Source of the DNA: Oscillospiraceae bacterium
GTDB lineage: Bacteria; Bacillota; Clostridia; Oscillospirales; UBA929
Reading direction: 5' to 3'
Assembly: GCA_009784085.1 (NCBI GenBank)
Contig: WRCJ01000003.1
Location: 1-38,947 of the forward strand
DNA: 38,947 nucleotides
Part shown: positions 36,368 to 38,947 of the stretch, in pieces
How the letters are laid out: every line of letters begins with the position of its first letter
Numbering within the stretch: the stretch's first letter is position 1
Notes under the pieces: model-generated
Told to the model about the DNA's origin: nothing
Database searches by the model: none
What the model saw: the letters and a program-made list of their open reading frames with translations, nothing else
Position numbers and translations under genes: made by a program

Positions 36368-36370
36368 CTA

Positions 36371-37483
36371 TTACGGCGTGGGAAAATCAACATCGTCATC
36401 CTTCGACTCATAGAAATACTCGATTTGTTTTTGCGTTACGCCGTTTGGAAGAGACTTGCGCCTTGCTAACCGTTCCTGTGCCTCAATCAGTATCGCTTTG
36501 ATTTTTGTTTCAAATTCGTCCTTGGGCGGTAGATGCGTCCAATATTCCGCGACAGCAATGCCCGCCCTATCCATTTCAAGTAGTTCTATCTTTTCGCGGC
36601 TGGCGGTTGCGCAAAGGATCAGGCCAATCGGAGATCCTTCTCCCTCTTGACGCTCATATCTATCGAGCCATTTCAAATACAGCTCCATTTGCCCTTTATA
36701 AGCCGCCTGGAATACGCCGAGCTTCAGTTCGACGGCTATCAATCTTTTCATTATCCTGTGATAGAACAGCAAATCAAGAACAATATCCTCGCCGTCAATA
36801 ATCATGCGTTTCTGGCGTTCGGCAAACGTGAAGCCGTGACCGAATTCAAGTAAAAACGATTCAAGCTCCATGAGTATCGCTTTTTCCAAATCCGCTTCGG
36901 CAAAATTATCATTCAATCCGAACAAATCAAGAAGATATGGGTCTTTGAATACGTTAAGCGGAACAGCGGATTCTTCCGACAATTTGGTGTTTGCTATTTC
37001 CCGGCGTTCATATGCTTTGCGTGCTATTTGGCGGCGAAGCTCCTTTGTGCCGTAGTTCCGCATTGCTGTGTCGTTCGCGTAATACATACGCGCTTCGTCT
37101 GTTCTTAGCGGCAACAGCTCAATGATGTGCGACCAGCTTAATTTTGCCGCCAGCGGCGGCAAAATCTCTGCATCTGGGAAACGCTCCGCAAATAAGGTCA
37201 TTCTATATAGATTTCGTTCCGTGAAACTCCTTCCGTATTTTGCCGTCAATTTTGTCGCCAGCTCCGTCAAAATCTTTTTACCGTATGCGGCGCGCTTATT
37301 GCCAAGAACAATCGAGTTGATATACTGCCCGACCTCCCAAAACATCATAGTTGTTTCTTGATTGGCATGAGTCATTGCTCGATACTTGCGACTCTCGATG
37401 ATTTCGGACACACGAGCAAAAAGCAGACTCTCGTCAACTTGAGGATCGTTTGCCAAAGCGATCTCCTGTTTTTTCTTGCTCAT
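36371..37483 (-). CDS. YhcG/DUF1016-family PD-(D/E)xK nuclease-domain protein
   Basis: FWEVG, LSWSH, KDPY..D, FLLEFG.GF.F..RQ, DLLFYH, AVELK, GQM..YL, IGLILC; lower GC than flanks. Confidence 0.9.
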   Translation of the reverse strand: MSKKKQEIALANDPQVDESLLFARVSEIIESRKYRAMTHANQETTMMFWEVGQYINSIVLGNKRAAYGKKILTELATKLTAKYGRSFTERNLYRMTLFAERFPDAEILPPLAAKLSWSHIIELLPLRTDEARMYYANDTAMRNYGTKELRRQIARKAYERREIANTKLSEESAVPLNVFKDPYLLDLFGLNDNFAEADLEKAILMELESFLLEFGHGFTFAERQKRMIIDGEDIVLDLLFYHRIMKRLIAVELKLGVFQAAYKGQMELYLKWLDRYERQEGEGSPIGLILCATASREKIELLEMDRAGIAVAEYWTHLPPKDEFETKIKAILIEAQERLARRKSLPNGVTQKQIEYFYESKDDDVDFPTP

Positions 37484-37489
37484 GTCTTG

Positions 37490-38947
37490 CTACCGCCCAT
37501 CGCCTTCCAGGCCCAGCTCCCGCGTCGCCTGTTCGCGCAGTTTGTACTTGAGGATCTTGCCGGCGGCATTCATGGGCAACTCATCGATGAAGAGGACATA
37601 GGAGGGAACCTTGTGGCGCGAGATGTTATGTGCCGCAAAGGCTAAGATGTCCTCTTTGTCCACGCTGGCGCCCTCGCGTCGGATGACAAAGGCGCACACC
37701 TCCTCGCCGAATTTGCGGGAGGGCACGGCCACCACCTGCACATCTTTGACGCCGGGGCAGGTGTACAGCAGCTCCTCGATCTCCCGGGGGTAGATGTTTT
37801 CGCCGCCCCGGATGATCATATCCTTGATGCGCCCCGTGATGGTGTAGTAACCGTTTTCGTCGCAGGACCCCAAGTCGCCGGTGTGCAGCCATCCCTCTTC
37901 GTCGATGACCGCCGCCGTCGCCTCGGGCATGTTGTAGTATCCACGCATCAGCAGGTAGCCCCGGGTACAGATCTCCCCCTGCACCCCTGGCGGGACTTCC
38001 AACCCGGTTTCGGGATCCACAATCTTGCCCTCGGTGTGGGGCAACAGCTGCCCCACGGTGGATACGCGTAGCTCGACGGGGTCGTCGGTGTGCGACGTGG
38101 TCATGCCGGGGGAGGATTCGGTCTGGCCGTAGGTGATGACAATATCCCGCATGTTCATTTTGTCGATAACCTGCCGCATGACCTCTATCGGGCAGGTGGA
38201 TCCGGCCATGATACCGGTGCGCAGGCTGGTCAGGTCATACTTTTCAAAGTCAGGGTGTTCCAGGATAAAGATGAACATGGTGGGCACGCCATAGACGCCG
38301 GTGCATCGCTCGGCCTGGATCGTTTCCATGACAGGGACGGGCGAGTAGATCTCCACCGGGACCATCGTGGACGCATGGGTGATGCAAGCCATTTGCGCCA
38401 GCACCATGCCGAAACAATGGAAGAACGGCACCGGGATGCACATGCGGTCGCGCGGGGAGAGTCTCATGCAGTCGCCGATGAACAGCCCGTTGTTGATGAT
38501 GTTGAAGTGGGTGAGCATGACGCCCTTGGGAAACCCGGTCGTGCCCGAGGTATATTGCATATTGCTGATATCTTCCCAGTGGACGCTGCGTTGGGCGGCG
38601 GCAAGCTCCTCATCCGAAACCTCTGCGCCCAGGGCCAGGATGTCGCCCCAGGTGAACAGCCCCTCTTGCGGGGCGGGGGATGCCTCCCCGGGAAGATGGA
38701 TGATATTGATGTCGCCCCAGGTGAACAGCCCCTCTTGCGGGGCGGGGGATGCCTCCCGGGGAAGATGGATGATATTCTTGAGCCTTGGCAATTTATCCGA
38801 GGCAAACGCGCCCGGCTCGCTGTCCTTCAGTTCTGGCAGGAGGTCGTTGAGGATAGACAGGTAATCTAGCCCCCGGGCGCCGTCGCAAAACAGAAGCGTC
38901 ATGGAGTCCGACTGGCGCAACAAGTATTCCAGCTCGAAACGCTTGTA
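37490..38947 (-). CDS. AMP-binding acyl-CoA synthetase (5' end outside the window)
   Basis: YTSGTTGFPKG, YGQTE, GWLHTGD, GRIKDMIIRGGENIYP, GKILK; frame stays open to the window edge. Confidence 0.93.
   Translation of the reverse strand, partial: YKRFELEYLLRQSDSMTLLFCDGARGLDYLSILNDLLPELKDSEPGAFASDKLPRLKNIIHLPREASPAPQEGLFTWGDINIIHLPGEASPAPQEGLFTWGDILALGAEVSDEELAAAQRSVHWEDISNMQYTSGTTGFPKGVMLTHFNIINNGLFIGDCMRLSPRDRMCIPVPFFHCFGMVLAQMACITHASTMVPVEIYSPVPVMETIQAERCTGVYGVPTMFIFILEHPDFEKYDLTSLRTGIMAGSTCPIEVMRQVIDKMNMRDIVITYGQTESSPGMTTSHTDDPVELRVSTVGQLLPHTEGKIVDPETGLEVPPGVQGEICTRGYLLMRGYYNMPEATAAVIDEEGWLHTGDLGSCDENGYYTITGRIKDMIIRGGENIYPREIEELLYTCPGVKDVQVVAVPSRKFGEEVCAFVIRREGASVDKEDILAFAAHNISRHKVPSYVLFIDELPMNAAGKILKYKLREQATRELGLEGDGR
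38639..38776. repeat. 69-bp in-frame tandem duplication within the acyl-CoA synthetase
   Basis: NIIHLPREASPAPQEGLFTWGDI / NIIHLPGEASPAPQEGLFTWGDI, near-identical at DNA level. Confidence 0.95.

Noticed and set aside
1-38947. tRNA, rRNA, prophage, integrase or transposase genes
   Set aside because: No such sequences or motifs recognised by eye

Overview
GC-rich chromosomal window, probably from a Clostridia-class Firmicute (inferred from SLH domains, a sortase signal, glgD and GGAGG RBSs). It opens inside the 3' end of a class C-like group II intron (maturase C-terminus, D5, D6). Then come an OmpR-type two-component pair with a DUF4342-like gene, an M20 hydrolase with an altered catalytic residue, iscS/iscU, trxA, a DivIVA-like gene and a rubredoxin missing from the ORF track. 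A compact type IV pilus-like operon follows (PilC, four pilin-like genes, PilT; no PilB or PilD here), then a RelB-PIN toxin-antitoxin pair. Next is an atypical ATPase-less operon that combines importer-type ABC permeases, a membrane-fusion (HlyD-like) adaptor and two paralogous lipoprotein SBPs. The rest holds an ECF sigma/anti-sigma/sortase-substrate module, a candidate sRNA, a glgBCD-x-AP operon headed by pduL, an XRE regulator, an Smr protein, an SLH-SBP fusion gene bracketed by a duplicated Smr 3' end, yhcG and a partial acyl-CoA synthetase. Short tandem duplications are pervasive, and many of them copy a gene's own stop- or start-codon region. All family calls come from motif recognition by eye; no database searches were run.
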